From the NCBI GenBank assembly GCA_002104905.1, contig MCFE01000123.1, positions 1-64,000 of the forward strand: DNA of 64,000 bases, in the 5' to 3' direction. Source of the stretch: Basidiobolus meristosporus CBS 931.73. Its lineage: Eukaryota; Fungi; Basidiobolomycota. The notes below the pieces were generated by a model. The model made no database searches. It worked only from the letters and a program-made list of their open reading frames with translations, and was not told the origin of the DNA. The position numbers were made by a program, and so were the translations under genes. Below are positions 45,255 to 59,090 of this stretch, in pieces (position 1 is the first letter of the stretch; the number at the start of each line of letters is the position of its first letter).

Positions 45255-46400
45255 TGATGGTGGCTATTTTGGCCCAGATACCAGTGAGACACCATCAGAT
45301 TTTTGCTCAGATACTGTAAGATAGGTGGCAGATTCAGGTTGATGAGAATCAGTGACCAGTCAAATTTGCTAGTAGAGTACATGTTTAATGAGAATTCATT
45401 AAGTGCCAAGGCATAGGCATGGTCATACATACCTTCAAGGTAGCCCTTGCTTCTTAGCTGTTTGTAATGTTTGCCATCAAATATATTGGATATGTTTGCC
45501 CTTGATTGATACTAAGTGTGGTGCTTTATAGCTTTGCAATATATGGTAGACTGCATAAGCTTCTTTATACAAGGTATCAACAGAACATATCTGGAGTGTG
45601 AGCAATGTTTTTCATCAATGGTGGTGGATTCCTTACAATTTGGACACATTACATGGTGGCATTTTTGGATGTGAATGCCATGCAACTGTTAGCACATGTT
45701 GGAATCAGGACAGTCCCTAGATCATATGTTGCCAGCCACATGATGGTTGTCCACTTGTACTATATAAATGATAATTTTCATCCCAGAATGGCTTTGGCAA
45801 GAAGTAGTATTAAATCCTCAAAGCTCCATGTTGAATATTAGTGGAAACATGCCACTCCTCTAGCCACAACATTACATCATTCACCAGTAAATAGATTACT
45901 AAGTTCACTTGGCTCCATAAAGTATCCTTAGCATTTGTTACAACATGTGCTGTTGCATTGGATATTGGGATTTGACTGGGCTCATGTGAGGTGCTGTTGT
46001 TAGGGCAGATAGGCTCACAATCCATCTGTAAGCCTTCTTAGTCAGAGTTAGCGCTCTGCATGCCATATTCATAAGGCTGAGGTGAGCCCAAAGGCATCAC
46101 CAACTCACCTGACTCAGTTTGCGCAAGGTTACAAAGATGGCCAGGTGCCAATATAGAAGTATCAACCGGCCAGCAAGATAATGCTGGTACAGTAGTGACT
46201 GATGAGTTGTCAAATACAACTTGTGCAGGAAAATACTGGCTGTGATCCTTGTAATACTTTGTATGCAGTAGGCATGCTTCACAGTTGAGATGCTTGCTTC
46301 AATAGCCACATGGTCTTTTTCTCCTCTCTTATGGCATTGATGCAAAGCAGCCATGTCCATGGGGCAAACAGTTTGACCTTTGACAATGTAACATTTTTAT
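45255..46400 (-). mobile_element. CACTA/Tnp2-like transposase, N-terminal half, degenerate
   Basis: Reverse-complement homolog of 51410-52655 (CANSCMAF...CPNC zinc motif, NLNLPP); interrupted at 46401 by the copia LTR. Confidence 0.78.
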
Positions 46401-49400
46401 TGTTGCAAAAGTTTGTAATTCCACCTAGATATTCACCTAACCTAGTCACTTAGATCATTATATTCAAATCCTAGAAAATACTGACCAAATTTCTTTTTGG
46501 GACTTACCTAAATATTCTCACCAAAATGCCAGTTACCCAGAACATGAAAATTCTCAAAGTTATCCAAACAGCCAAAACTTTGCACATAGGCTCTTTGGAC
46601 CTTCTTCAACCTATTCTATGTGATTGTTATGCCAAGACTATCTAAAAGTATAAATGCTGCTTCTACCTTCAATAAAACATTAAGTGAAAACCACATAATC
46701 TACTTGTCCTCCCTATCACTTCTAATATCTCCAAGACCCTAACAATAGGTTATGAGCCCCAAGCTGTCACTCTCTGCAATGTCTGCTACTGCCATTACTG
46801 GAACTTTTCCCTCTGCTGAAAAGCTGGAAGGATCTAACTACCAAGTGTAGAAGGAGGAGATGAAGATGCTGCTACAAGAAAGAGGCCTTGGGATACTGTT
46901 GCAGGAGAAGACTACCCTCCTAACAGCGTGGGAGAGGATGCCTTAAAGTTCTAGAAGAAAGAACAAAGTTCCTTTAACTGCATATGCCTTGATGTTAAAG
47001 ACAATTTGCCAATTCAATGCTGAAGAGCTAAAACAGCAAAGAATGCCTGGAAGGCATTAGAAAACACCTATCAGTCATGTTCAGCTGCTAGGAAAGTGTA
47101 TCTGAGACAAATCTCTGTACTACAAGGATGCTGCCACAAGAAGATATGAAAAATCTAGTTAACAGAATTACCCTTCAAGTGGATGAAATGGAATCTGTGG
47201 GCATACCATCTACTAATAAGAATATGATAGTTACCATCCTGAATAGCCTGACAGACAAGTTTAAGCACCTTGAATCAGCCCTAGAGTCAAGAACTGGAGA
47301 TCTGAGCTTAAATTACATATATCAAAGGCTTTTGGATAAAGAATTAAGAAAATCAAGCGCCAATAAGAAGGAAGAAGAAAATGCTTTAATAAGCAACAAT
47401 AACCAACAAAGGCAGTACGCAAGACCCTACAAAGGCAACTGCAACCTGTTTTGTAACTACTGCAAAAGGAAAGGACACACATTGGACCAGTACTTCAAAA
47501 AGAAAGATAGTCAGCAGAAAAAGCCTGAAAACGGAAATACTGCAACAATTGAAGATAGACTATTCATATCTGCACTATGCATGTCCACAAACAAGGATTC
47601 CCAGATGTGGTATATTGACTCTGGAGCATCTCAATACCTTACACATCAAAAAGAACTTTTTACTCAATATCAAGAAATTCCAATCAAGAAGGTTTTCATG
47701 GGTGATAATAGATTTCTTGATGCAGTGGGAGAAGGAACTATCCAAGTAAACCTTAGAAGCAGCAAAGAAAGCCATATATTGACTTCTAAAGAAGTACTCT
47801 ATGTACCAGAAATAGCCAAGAACCTACTATCTATAAGCAAGGCCACAGTAGAAGAACTCAGTTTCAGCTTTGACAATTCTGGATGCAGGATCACTGATCA
47901 AAATGGTGCCCATCTTACTTTGGGTATCAGATATCAGAATCTGTACAGGTTGATCTATATTCCATCATATCAGGAAGCCAATATAAATAGCTTAAATGAA
48001 GAAACACAAATGCTTTGGCACAGGAGATTGGGACATATTGATTTTGATTATTTGCGCAAGATGATCAACAATCAGCTAATTTCTGGAGTAAATATTGATC
48101 CCCTAGCTAATATGGAGCACTGTGAATCCTGCATATATGGGAAGCAAGCCAGACAATTGTTTCAGAGCTCTGGGTTAATCAATACTAAGAAAAAATTAGA
48201 TATAATTCACTCAGATCTGTGTGGAACTATGCAAAATTTATCCTTAAGTGGGGTGAAGAATATAATCACTTTTATTGATGATTATACAAGATACACATGG
48301 GTCTACTTCAGGGAGAGAAAGGATGAAGCTCTGTCTAAGCTGAGGGAGTTTAAAGCCATGGTGGAGAGAGAAGCTGGTGAAAAAAATCAAAAGAATATGC
48401 TCTGAAAATGGTGGAGAAAATACCTCAAAACTCTTCATCCACATCTGCAAAATTCATAAGATAAAGTAAGAGACTACTATACCATACTCCCCACAGCAAG
48501 ATGGAGTAGCAAAGCATGCCAACAGATGAATAATTGATATGGCAAGATCTATGATCCATGATCAGTAATTATCCTTTGATTTTGGGCAGAATCAGTTGCC
48601 ACAGCTTTATACCTTAAGAATAAGAGTTATAAGAGAATACTTTGTGGCTCTACTCCATTTGAAGCATGGTGTGGATACAGGCCAAGTGCAGAGCATACAG
48701 AATATTTGAGTGTATAGCATATGCCCAGAAAGTGACCAGAAATCAGTCAAATTTGAGCCAAAAAGTTTAAAATGATTATTTATGGGCTACTGCAATTAGA
48801 GTAAAGCATCAGACTCTGCAATACCAAAGCAAAGAAGCTTATCAAGTCTATGGATGTGTGGTTTGATGAAAATTCAAAATCTTCACAAAAAATGACATCA
48901 GATAATAACAAATATCTGATCTCAAGTCCATCAATTGTCAGGTTTGAATCATAGCAAAAGAATGAAAATTATTTCACTCCAGAGGACTCTCCAACTGTGA
49001 TTTGGGCTAAAGAAGTGCCCAGGAATATCCCAAAAGTGATCACTCCAGTATCAAATTCCCAGAGTTTCTAGTGCACAAGAAATAGGCCAAATTACTATAT
49101 CAATGAGGGTACAAACTTAGCCTGTGCCTATGAAGTCCATATTGATGAGCCACAGACTGTAAAAGAGGCCCTATATAGCCCTTAGACAAAGTTTTGAAGA
49201 TCTGCAATGACTGAGCAATATCAGGCCCAGATGGAAAATCAAACTTGGGCCTTAGCCAAATTACCTATCAACCAAAAATCAATTGGGTGCAGATGGGTCT
49301 TTAAGACAAAATACAAGGCTGATGGTACAATTGAAAGATACAAAGCAACGCTTTGGACAAAGGATACTCTCCAACAAAAGGACTTGACCATACTGAGACC

Positions 49401-50248
49401 TTTGCACTGGTAGCCAAGTTTAATTCCATCTGATTAATATTGGCTATTGCATCCAGATAAAAGTTTTTTATTCATCAAATGGATGTAAAAAATGCATTTT
49501 TGATGGGAGAACTTGAAGAGGATGTGTATATAAACCAGCCTGGTGGGTTTGCTGACCAAGATAACCCTCATTTGGTCTGCAAGCTTAAAAAGTCTCTATA
49601 TGATTTCAAACAATCACCAAGAGCCTGGAATTGAAAGATAGACTCTTATTTGGAGTCTTTGAGTTTCAAAAGGTGCAATGCTGACAATAGTATATACTAT
49701 AAGCCAGATAGAGCAAATCAAGTTCTATTAGCTCTATATGTGGATGATGTTATTATAGCTGCCAATAACCTAGCAACATTGGAAGAGACTAAATCCACCC
49801 TATCTAAGGTGTTCAAGGGGTCCAATCTAGGAGAATTCAGTTACTACTTAGGGATTAAGTGGTCCATAGATAGAAGTAACCAGACTATCACCATAATCCA
49901 GTCCAAGTATATTCAAGATATACCAAAGAAGTACCAAATGGAAGACTCTAAACTGGCAGCTACCCCAATGGAGACAAACCTTAACTTTGTCAAAACTCAA
50001 CCAAACCAAAAGAGCATGGTGCCATCTGAAAGCCCAGACTTTTCTTATCAATTTATGGTTGGCAGTTTGATGTCTATCATGCTTGGAACACATCCAGATA
50101 TCTCATACTCAGTGGGAGTTGTCAGCCAACTAAATCAGTACTATGGATCTGATCATATTGCAGCAGTTGAGCAGATTTTTAGATACCTAAAAGGAACTGC
50201 TGAGATCTGCTTATGATACACTTATAAGGACTCAGAGCAGGATCTTGT
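46401..50248 (+). mobile_element. Ty1/copia family 1 element with 5' LTR, gag-pol, 3'-truncated
   Basis: LTR 46401-46747, PBS GGTTATGAGCCC (46748-46759), ORF 47128..48405 with CNYCKRKGH knuckle, WYIDSGAS, LWHRRLGH...CESC, IIHSDLCG; RT at 49200-50248. Confidence 0.93.
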
Positions 50249-50274
50249 CTACTTGACTAAGAGCCTGAAGAGTC

Positions 50275-51400
50275 TGTTAAGGTAGGGTCAACATACCTTC
50301 CACCAACAAGTTTATTCATATAGATATTATGATATACTTATCCATATTTTATCCTATTAGTATTATCCCATTCTTCTTTTGCCCATATCATTAGTATTAT
50401 CCCCCATGATGTTTACCCTGACTAATTATTAGCATTAGTTATCCCAGATGTTATTTAGCTATGTTATCAGTATTTGTATCTACATTAGGCAAGTACCCAA
50501 GTCAGTACCATGACATATAACTTAAGTCTGTGTTACCTTCCCTATCATTTCAACATCATATATGGTATCTCTGTGTTGCACCAGTTCTAGACTACTGCTC
50601 CCTGATTGGTTGGATGTGCAGTGCCTTTTAGAGCCTTCCAGGACCTTCTTGGCATATGTTTAACTCATAGTGATGTCATCAAGAATTCCACTGATGCGTG
50701 GAACTTTCTAGAATCATGTAATTGATGATCACTTGGCAATCCGGAAAAGTATTTAAGGGAAGTCAATCCCTCATCAATAAATCATCCCTTCTATCAGTAA
50801 CACTTCTCCCTTACTGATTAGCAGTTGATCACTGCCCTGCCTTTAACAGTTACACCTCAGAATTGCCATCAAGGAGCTTTTCAGGGTAGTGCACAGGATA
50901 CACAGAGGCCATTGAAGACACTTGGAGCATTTAGGAAGCTAGCAAAGCAGGAGCTTTTACCATAGTGACATAGTGGCAAAGAAACCAGCAGTCTAGACAC
51001 AGAGGTTATTGCACCCATCAGACACCTCACACACCTTGAATTGTGTAGCTTCTCCCAGGAGTACCTCAAAACCTCCACACCCCATTATTAGCTTCAATGG
51101 GCACACTGTCCACAGGGCCTTTTTTGGATGTAGCTCTGCTTGTTGCACTGAGTGTCAAAGCAAGCTGTTGTCCAACTGATCTTCTGCAGCCATCAGCTGT
51201 AGGATTGGGTTGGGAACCAGAGAGCTTAGCTTTATTTTTTAGCAGCATTTATATGGAAGTGAGTCAAAACAAAGGGAAAACAGCTTACATATACATGGGT
51301 ATATGGTGTTACAACATTATTCATAAAGTTTACAATGGTGGGTCATCATTGAATCTTACATTCATGATGGTGCAATGCCTCAAATACAAATCTGTCTAGA
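50275..51400 (+). mobile_element. Ty3-like LTR (50275-50848) followed by a gag/protease remnant
   Basis: TGTTAAGG...CTTTAACA termini; TATA/AATAAA block homologous to the solo LTR at 32103-33173; downstream ISFNGHTVHRAFLD resembles a retroviral aspartic protease. No TSD found. Confidence 0.55.
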
Positions 51401-51409
51401 ATTCACATG

Positions 51410-52900
51410 GGTATTGACCAAAAAGTGATATAACAGCATTACATTGGTGATGGTCAAACTGTTTGCCCCATGGCCCTGACTACTTTGCTTCAACACCAAA
51501 AGAGAAGAGAAAAATGATCATGTGGCTATTGAAGCAGGCCTCTCAGCCATGAAGCATACAGACAGCATAGGAAGTATTACAAGATTCTTGGCCAGTGTTT
51601 TGCCACGCAAACCATATTTGACCATTCATCAGTCACTACTGTGCCAACTTTTACTTGCTGGCCAGTTGATACTTCTACATTGGCACCTGGCCATGTTTGT
51701 AATCCCGCACAAACAGAGTCAGGTGAGTTTGTGACACCCATAGGCTCACTTCACCCTTCTGAATATATCTGGCCATCATTGCAACCTTGCACAAACTGAG
51801 TCAGGTGGGTTTATGACTCCTTTAGGCTCACCTCAGACTTCTGAGTATGGCACATAGAGCAATAGCTCTCACAAAGAAGGCTAACTAATGGATTGTGAGC
51901 TTATCTCCCCTTACAACAGAACCACACATGAGCCTGGTCAAATGCTGATATGCAATGACACAGAACCCATTGAAACAAATGCTGAGGATACTTTATGGGG
52001 CCAATTGAGCCCAGTAATTTATCTACTTGTAAATGATGTAATGTTGTGGCTAGAAAAGTGGCGCATTTCCACTAATATCAGTAGTGGGGGCTTAGTGGAT
52101 TTACCACTACTACTTCTTACCAAGATCATTCTGGGATGCAACTTACCATATACATGGTACAGGTAGATAGCCATAATGTGGCTGGCAACATATAACCAAG
52201 AGACTGTCCTGATTCCAGCCTGTGCTAACAGTTGCATGGCATTTACATCCAAAAATGCCACAATTGCAATGTGTCCAAATTGTCAGGAGTCCACCACCAT
52301 TGAGGGAAGACATTGTACACACTCTGAATGTATTCCAGTAATACCCCATCTAAAGAAGCTCATGCAGTCCAACAAATATTGTAAAGCTATAAAGTACTGC
52401 AAGCAGTATCAGTTAAGCAAATACATGTCCAGTATATTTGATGGCAAACAGTATAAACAACTAAGAAGCAAGGGCTACTTTGAAGGTATGTATGGCCATG
52501 CCTTTGCCTTGGTACTTGATGGATTCACATTAATAAGTACTCTAGCAGTAAATCCTGCTAGCAACTGATTTTCATCAACCTGAATCTGCCACCTATCTTA
52601 CGGTATTAGAGCAAGAATCCAATGGTAGTCTCACTGGTATCTGCACCTAAATCACTGTCCAACCTGAATTACTACCTGTGTCTATTGCTGGATGAATTTT
52701 GTATTTCTTCCAGCAGGATAACAGTAAATGGCCATCATGTCAAAGTGCACATTATTATCTGCCTTGGAGATACCCTAGCCATCATCAAGATAGCCAGCTT
52801 TTCTGGGCCCAATTGATGGTATTGCTGTTGAATGTGTGAGATCCAGGAGATTTACTCTATAGCTCTCACATATTATTATTACACAAACACCAACATTAAG
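51410..52900 (+). mobile_element. CACTA/Tnp2-like (Transposase_21) transposase remnant
   Basis: IPACANSCMAF...MCPNCQ, IFDGKQYKQL, FALVLDGF, NLNLPP, LLDEF, CLGDTLAIIKIASFSG; truncated at the AT-rich repeat. Confidence 0.8.
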
Positions 52901-52959
52901 CACACAAACTTCCCATAGAGAGAATGTACAAAAGTATTTGCAAGTCTTACATCAACAAA

Positions 52960-53710
52960 CCAAATGTTTTATTCAAAATAAACTTCCAACTTTTAAAAAA
53001 TTTTGAACCCAGCTTTATTTTGTGGAAAAAAGATTCTAAAATATTTTTCTTGATCCAAATTGAAGATTTGGTTTGTAAATATCAAATTAACATAAAGCCT
53101 TGCCCAAAATGTTCATGCGTAAATTAGTTTCAAACCCAATTTTGTCACCTGGAAAAAAATTTAAAAAATATTTTTTTCAATCTAACTTTAAAAATTTGGT
53201 TTGTAAGTATTGGTTTAGCAACCAAATAGACTTGTGCAACTTTTAAACATGTAAGTTACTATTTAGCTTGAATTTGAGTTTCAGATTCAAAATATAATTT
53301 TACAATCTTAAATAATTTTTTATAAATATTGGATTAACAACCAGAAAGATTTGATCCAAAACAAAATCCCAATGTTTGTTATGTTTCTCTAAATCCTGCC
53401 CAAAACTGTTCTGCAAATATCAAATCTGCAATTTTAAACTTTGGTACAATATTTACGCGCGTAAGTTGCTTTCCAACTTTATTTTCTGTTTGAGGTTAAA
53501 AAAAATATTTTTCAGTCAGAACTAATCTTTTGCAAATATAAAATTGGCTACCGTAAAGGTTTGTTTCCACATTTATCAAACATTTGTCAAAGTTTTCCAC
53601 ACATAAGTTGGTTTCTAACTTTGTTTTCTGTTTAGGGTTAAAAAATATATTCTTGATCTGAAAATAATTTTTTGTAAACATAGGATCAGCAACTGTAAAG
53701 GTTTGTTCCC
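52960..53710. repeat. AT-rich degenerate tandem repeat (~5 units of ~140-150 bp)
   Basis: Recurrent taagttg.ttt..aacttt.ttttctgttt..ggttaaaaaa.atat...taaaggtttgtt unit, clearest at 53460-53570 and 53605-53710. Confidence 0.6.
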
Positions 53711-54328
53711 TGCTACCGCAATATCTGCCTATGTAGATGCCAGCAAGAACATCAGGCCACCAACCATTGATTGATAAGGAAAGTCTTGGTCTGCATGTTA
53801 GCCATTTTCATTCAAACCAGCTTAGATTTGCCCAATCACAAGTTGTTATCCATTGGGGTTGCTGCAGGCTTGCAACTTTCCATCTTATAAGCCTCTAGGA
53901 TTGTCCCTGATGCACTTCAACTGATTCAACATAATTTTCTAGTAGGTACATCAAATTTAACTTCTATTCCCAGACAATAGCACAATTTTACAAGATCTTG
54001 CATTTCAAACTTTCTGAGGTGGTCTGGTTTTGTCTGTTTAAGTGCCACCTGGTTATTTATAGCTATGATTGGGTTGTCCACATAAACAACTAGGATGATC
54101 ACACCCTTTCTAAGCTGTTTCACATATGTACAGTGATCTGCAGTGCCACAAATGAATCCAATCTTCTCTGGTTATGTTTCAGTTGTGTTATACTGTTATG
54201 ATCTGCTGTTTGAATGTTTAAGTTAGATCAGTTTTTAGTCAAATCAATTAGTTAAATGCTTAGGTTATCAGTATATCAGTGTTGTCTATCAAATCAGTAG
54301 CATTGGTCAGCAAATGAATCAGTAGATC

Positions 54329-54855
54329 TGTTATGAATAGACACAAGGCAGGAGAGTAGGGCTAGGTAATGCAGGACAAGGAAAGGACTTAGGTGTGGAT
54401 CAACAAGGCAAGGCAGATTTCCAAGGCAAGGCTGTTTATTCAAGACCTGTGTTTATCAGACTGAGGAGTACTTAAGGGGGGATAGGACTATATATACTTT
54501 TTGGCTATACTGATGCCAAGAGATATTAGCTAATACTAATGGGGTTGTGGGGTGAGGCACAGCAGCAGTGCTGGGGATAATAATATAGAAGGCAAGGTAC
54601 TGAGACCGGATGGGGAAATGGATTGGGTCACGTGATCATGTGACTAAGTCATGTGACCTGGTATTTCCATATATGGTACTAGACTATGAAAAATACAATG
54701 GGAAGCTTTCATGGAATGTTCCATTGTGTAACAATGGTTTGGAATGGTCAGGAACTTTCTGGAAAGTGGTAGGTTCCAGAAGAAATCTCTTAAAAATTTG
54801 AGCTAGGAAGCTGAAACCTGGCATGGGTGTTCATGGTTGTCATGTGATCATGACA
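54329..54855 (-). mobile_element. Solo LTR (527 bp, Ty3-like)
   Basis: TGTTATGA...TCATGACA termini with perfect 5-bp TSD AGATC (54324-54328 and 54856-54860). Confidence 0.88.
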
Positions 54856-55649
54856 AGATCCTTATCAGACAGAAATAGATATATTAGGTAGGATCTTATT
54901 GGGTGATGATGATGTAATCAAATGAGTCATCAGCCACAGCCTACATTAGGAAATACAATTAGTCAGCAATTGATCTGGCCATATGTATATAAGGAGCTGC
55001 TGGAATCTTAATCAAGATCAGTTCAAGTTCTAGTGAATTCAATGCTAGCTAAACTCCCTATTCCTCTACAACTTTTATACAAAGACTTGCAACAATACCA
55101 TGCTCTAGATGCCTGTTTAGGTTCATACAACAATTTTGGGCTTGTAAAACCTTCTGGTTGCTCCATATATAGAGCTTCCATTTGGTGCAGATCTGGTCTG
55201 TTTATAGCTGCCAGGGCTACAGCTGTACTTATGGAGTTAAACATGACAACATGAGCAAATATTTTCTTAAAGTCCAGTCCCAGGATCTGGGAACAGCCTT
55301 TAGCCACCAATCCAGCCTTCTACTTATCAACAGTACTATTTGAGGTTATCTTGATCTTGTAGACCTATCTACATGCTATTGGCTTTCTCCCATTTGGTAA
55401 ATCTGACAGTTCCCACATTTTGGCCCTAATCACTGATTAGTATTCCTCCTGCATGACTTGTTACCACATAGTGCCATCTGGACTCTGTATTGCCTACTCC
55501 AATTTCTGGGGTTTGGCACATATGGCAAGATCAGCTTCTTCATGATCATTGGTTGTCTGCCACCAGGATCCAGAAACATTTCTTATTCTGGTAGATCTCC
55601 TAACTGGGATAATCTACTCCAAGCTGGTACTGGCAGAGCACTCTTCAAT

Positions 55650-58600
55650 AGACTTGTTCTGTTGGATATTGCCACATAGTGCCAGCCTGTTTATAGTGCT
55701 GGATTGATCTGGCACTATATGGCACTACCTGGCACTATAATTTCTACCATAATGCCAGTGGTAAGATATAGTTACTGGTATTATATTTAATCTCTCTATT
55801 GTTGCTCAGAATAGTGCTTTCCTTGCTATATTTACTCATCATAGTGCTCCAGACACATTGCTCTCAGTGGATGTCTTCTTGTATGAATGTACTGTGCATT
55901 AATAAGTAACTTGACTATTTTACCTATTCTGCTGTTTTCTCCTATATATGACTTTCCTCAGTATTTACCTGCCAATGTGCTGAATCTCTTCAGATATCCA
56001 AATGTATGCTCTACCCTCATTCTGAAATGATTAAATATCTCATTGTAGAGCTTCTGCTTTCTGCTAAGCACACCATTTCTTGGCTTCCTATAAGCTGTAA
56101 TACATCCTAATCTCTGACAATCCTCTCCTATATAGGCTGAGTCTGCTGTATAATTTTCCCCTGTACTGAATTTTGGATAATTCTCTGCCCAGAGTGCTTT
56201 GTTGTGCCTACTTCCACCAAATGACCCACCAAACCAGATGATGTTACCCTCAATGTCAGACAGTGCTTGAGACTTCACACAGTGTGCCTTGTACTTGCCA
56301 GAATAAAAGTGTTTCTGCCCTCTAGAAGGTCTGTTTATCCTAACTGGGAAGGTATTCAAAATACAACTTATATGGAAACTGTTGCTGAACACTCTGGGGT
56401 ATGGACAACTGTTGGAGCTTCTGACACTAGTATTCTAAGCTTGCTCTAAGTCATTCATACCCTTTGCAAGGTGGTTCTCCATTGCTATCAGCTTGAAATG
56501 AAAGCTTCTAGGACTTTTGTTACCATGGATTGTGGGATGAAACCTTGTGGGGCAAGAGTTCTTGTGATAGCCAAGAAGCTTAATAAGGAATCTCCTTGAG
56601 TAGATTGGGGTGGATGGTCCACAGTACTTAGTATAGATCCCCACTAGTGTGTCAAAAGGAGATCCAGTAGTAGTGATGGGATTGATGAGAAAAGACCAAT
56701 CAGACAAGTAAGTCATTTTAAAATTGGTAGGCAATTGGGCTGAGGTGAGTTGAATCAATTTGGCACAATAAGCTTTATTTATCTGATTTTCCATACATTA
56801 TGATTAAATCCCTATGAGTTACCATGTATGCCATAATTATAGTCCAAAAATCATCCTCAAACAGTCACTTAGTATTTTCATTGATGCTTTACTCACAAGT
56901 CAAAAATCAAATAGGAAATCTGTGGTTGATGGAATCCAATTGGTGTCAATGTAATCCAAGATGCATTATGCATAATATGTGGAACACTCAACAATCACAC
57001 TAGTTTTCATATATATTTCATATAAAACCAGGTTGATGCCAATACACTACTGTTTACATATCCAAATCCAGCACTATGGTCCCTATGGTCCCTATGCCAA
57101 GCCTCAACTCATCTTTATTACAACCTAGACAAAACCCATCCCTCAGCTCACAAGCACAGTCTGGAGTGGAGAGGTCAATGTTGGATTGGTTTGAGTTCAT
57201 GCCAAATGATTTTAGTATTGCCCAAGTGTCTATGATGAGCCTTCATACAGATATCTGGGCACTACTCATCAATCTAGCAGAACTAGATACCTCTGAGAGT
57301 CAACAGAGATGGAGGAACCTGAGTAGAAAGCTGTGGCATGAGTTCTATATCCAGATGTCAGTGGATGCATGTAAGAAGATATATAACAAGATAAGTATTG
57401 AAATCAAGAATGGGCTGAGAGTGAGTGAATTTGATGAGGAAGCTGCGCAGGAGCTATTTTGTGAGCAATTTGCACAGTATGGGCCAGACACATCTGTTTG
57501 TGCCTCAACTTTGGGGACCAAAGTGATTTTGAATGAGTTTTTCCTCAAATGACTAATGTATAACTTGATGTATTAGTAGAGCTAAGTGGCTTCTGAGAGC
57601 AATATACACAGGACTCATCCAGGCAACAGTTCCAAAGTATCAGACAAAGGGTAAGTGAATACATTGAGGAGTTAGAAGGTAAGCTTCAAGAGGAAGAATA
57701 TGGACAAAAAGCAACAGTGTCTAGATTGTGCCTGCATGCCTTGCTGGATTCCTTACCATTGCTTGCAACTTCAGCACGCCGGCACATGTCAGTCCAAACT
57801 ATGCCAACACCCTTCACAAGAGTGCCCTGCATTGAGTCAATGCATACCAGGTCAACATGCTTGCTTTGGAGCAAAATTATCAGAACTTACCAAACTGCAC
57901 ATTTGGACACAAGTCCATTGGAGTTGGCTGAATTGCATCAACAGGCAGCATCACATCAAACTCAGCAAAGGGCTATGCCAGCACATCAATTTGCACCTGC
58001 ATGTGCCATTACACCTGACCATCAGCAAGTTGCTTCTTGTGAACTGACTAATGATGACCCGCATGAAGTGCCGCCACCACCAGAGCCTTTGACAAGTAAA
58101 AGAACATGTCAGCACATAGTACTGCAGGCTGGTTTAGTATTGCACTTATCAACTAGGAGGCAAAGTACTGACCACAAATACACAAGTAGCCACAAGGAAA
58201 GTCAATAAGGAAGTAGTGTAGGTGTGCAAAGTGAATCACTACCAAATGCCTCAGTAGTAGCCCTTGTGAGAAAAAACCTAGGAGAAGATGATGCGATCGC
58301 TTGAATCGCTCACATTCGTAATGATCCAACAACCATTTTTTGCGTCAAATCAGCATGCATTGAATTGCTATTATTTGTCATGATCCAAACAACACATATT
58401 TTTTGCAAACCTAATTGAGCCATTGCAAATCAGTGATCACTTAAGTTTTTATATAGGCAGTATCAAGGTTGTCTTGCATTTGAGACAGAACCCCTATAAA
58501 TAGACACCCTGCATATATATACATCATTGGTTACACCAGTGCAGCCATTTGATCTATTTGGTGTCTATTTGATTGGTTGTGTGCTAGCTATGACAACTTT

Positions 58601-59090
58601 CAAATCACTAGGATAAGTATTTACTTGTTCAACATGCAAGATGGTATATTTGATAGCAAATCAGGTAGCTTGAGTAATGGTCAAAGAGCCAGTTGGGGGC
58701 TGATAGCTTCATGAAACATTTTGACTAATTAACCACTGAGATACCATCCAATTGGAGTGTTGGCCACCAAAATGGTAAGTATCAGTGTAGTGTATAGTGT
58801 GCTATGCAATTTTTTTCATTTACACTGGAGAAACATATCCAAATGCCAGATTTTACCTACTATAAGAGCAGTTTCCAGTTGTGCACATAATGCAAACATT
58901 ACAAGTTGGCACAATCATCCATGCTAACCTCATCATGTCAGATTGTGCTATAGTGTGCAAGATCATTCCACATGGTGCAAAATTGTCCAAGAGCAATTCT
59001 ACCTATTGGTAGCAATAATGTCATGCCTGATTATTCTTAGAGACCAGGGATTATGCCGCATGCTCTGGCAAAGTAAAATGTAACAAGTCT
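55650..59090 (-). mobile_element. PHIS/Pangu-like DNA transposon, copy B (3441 bp, inverted)
   Basis: AGACTTGTTC at 55650 and TAACAAGTCT at 59090; TSD AAT on both sides; transposase pseudogene 55832-56716 (minus) and ORF1 remnant ~57076-58290 (plus). Confidence 0.92.
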
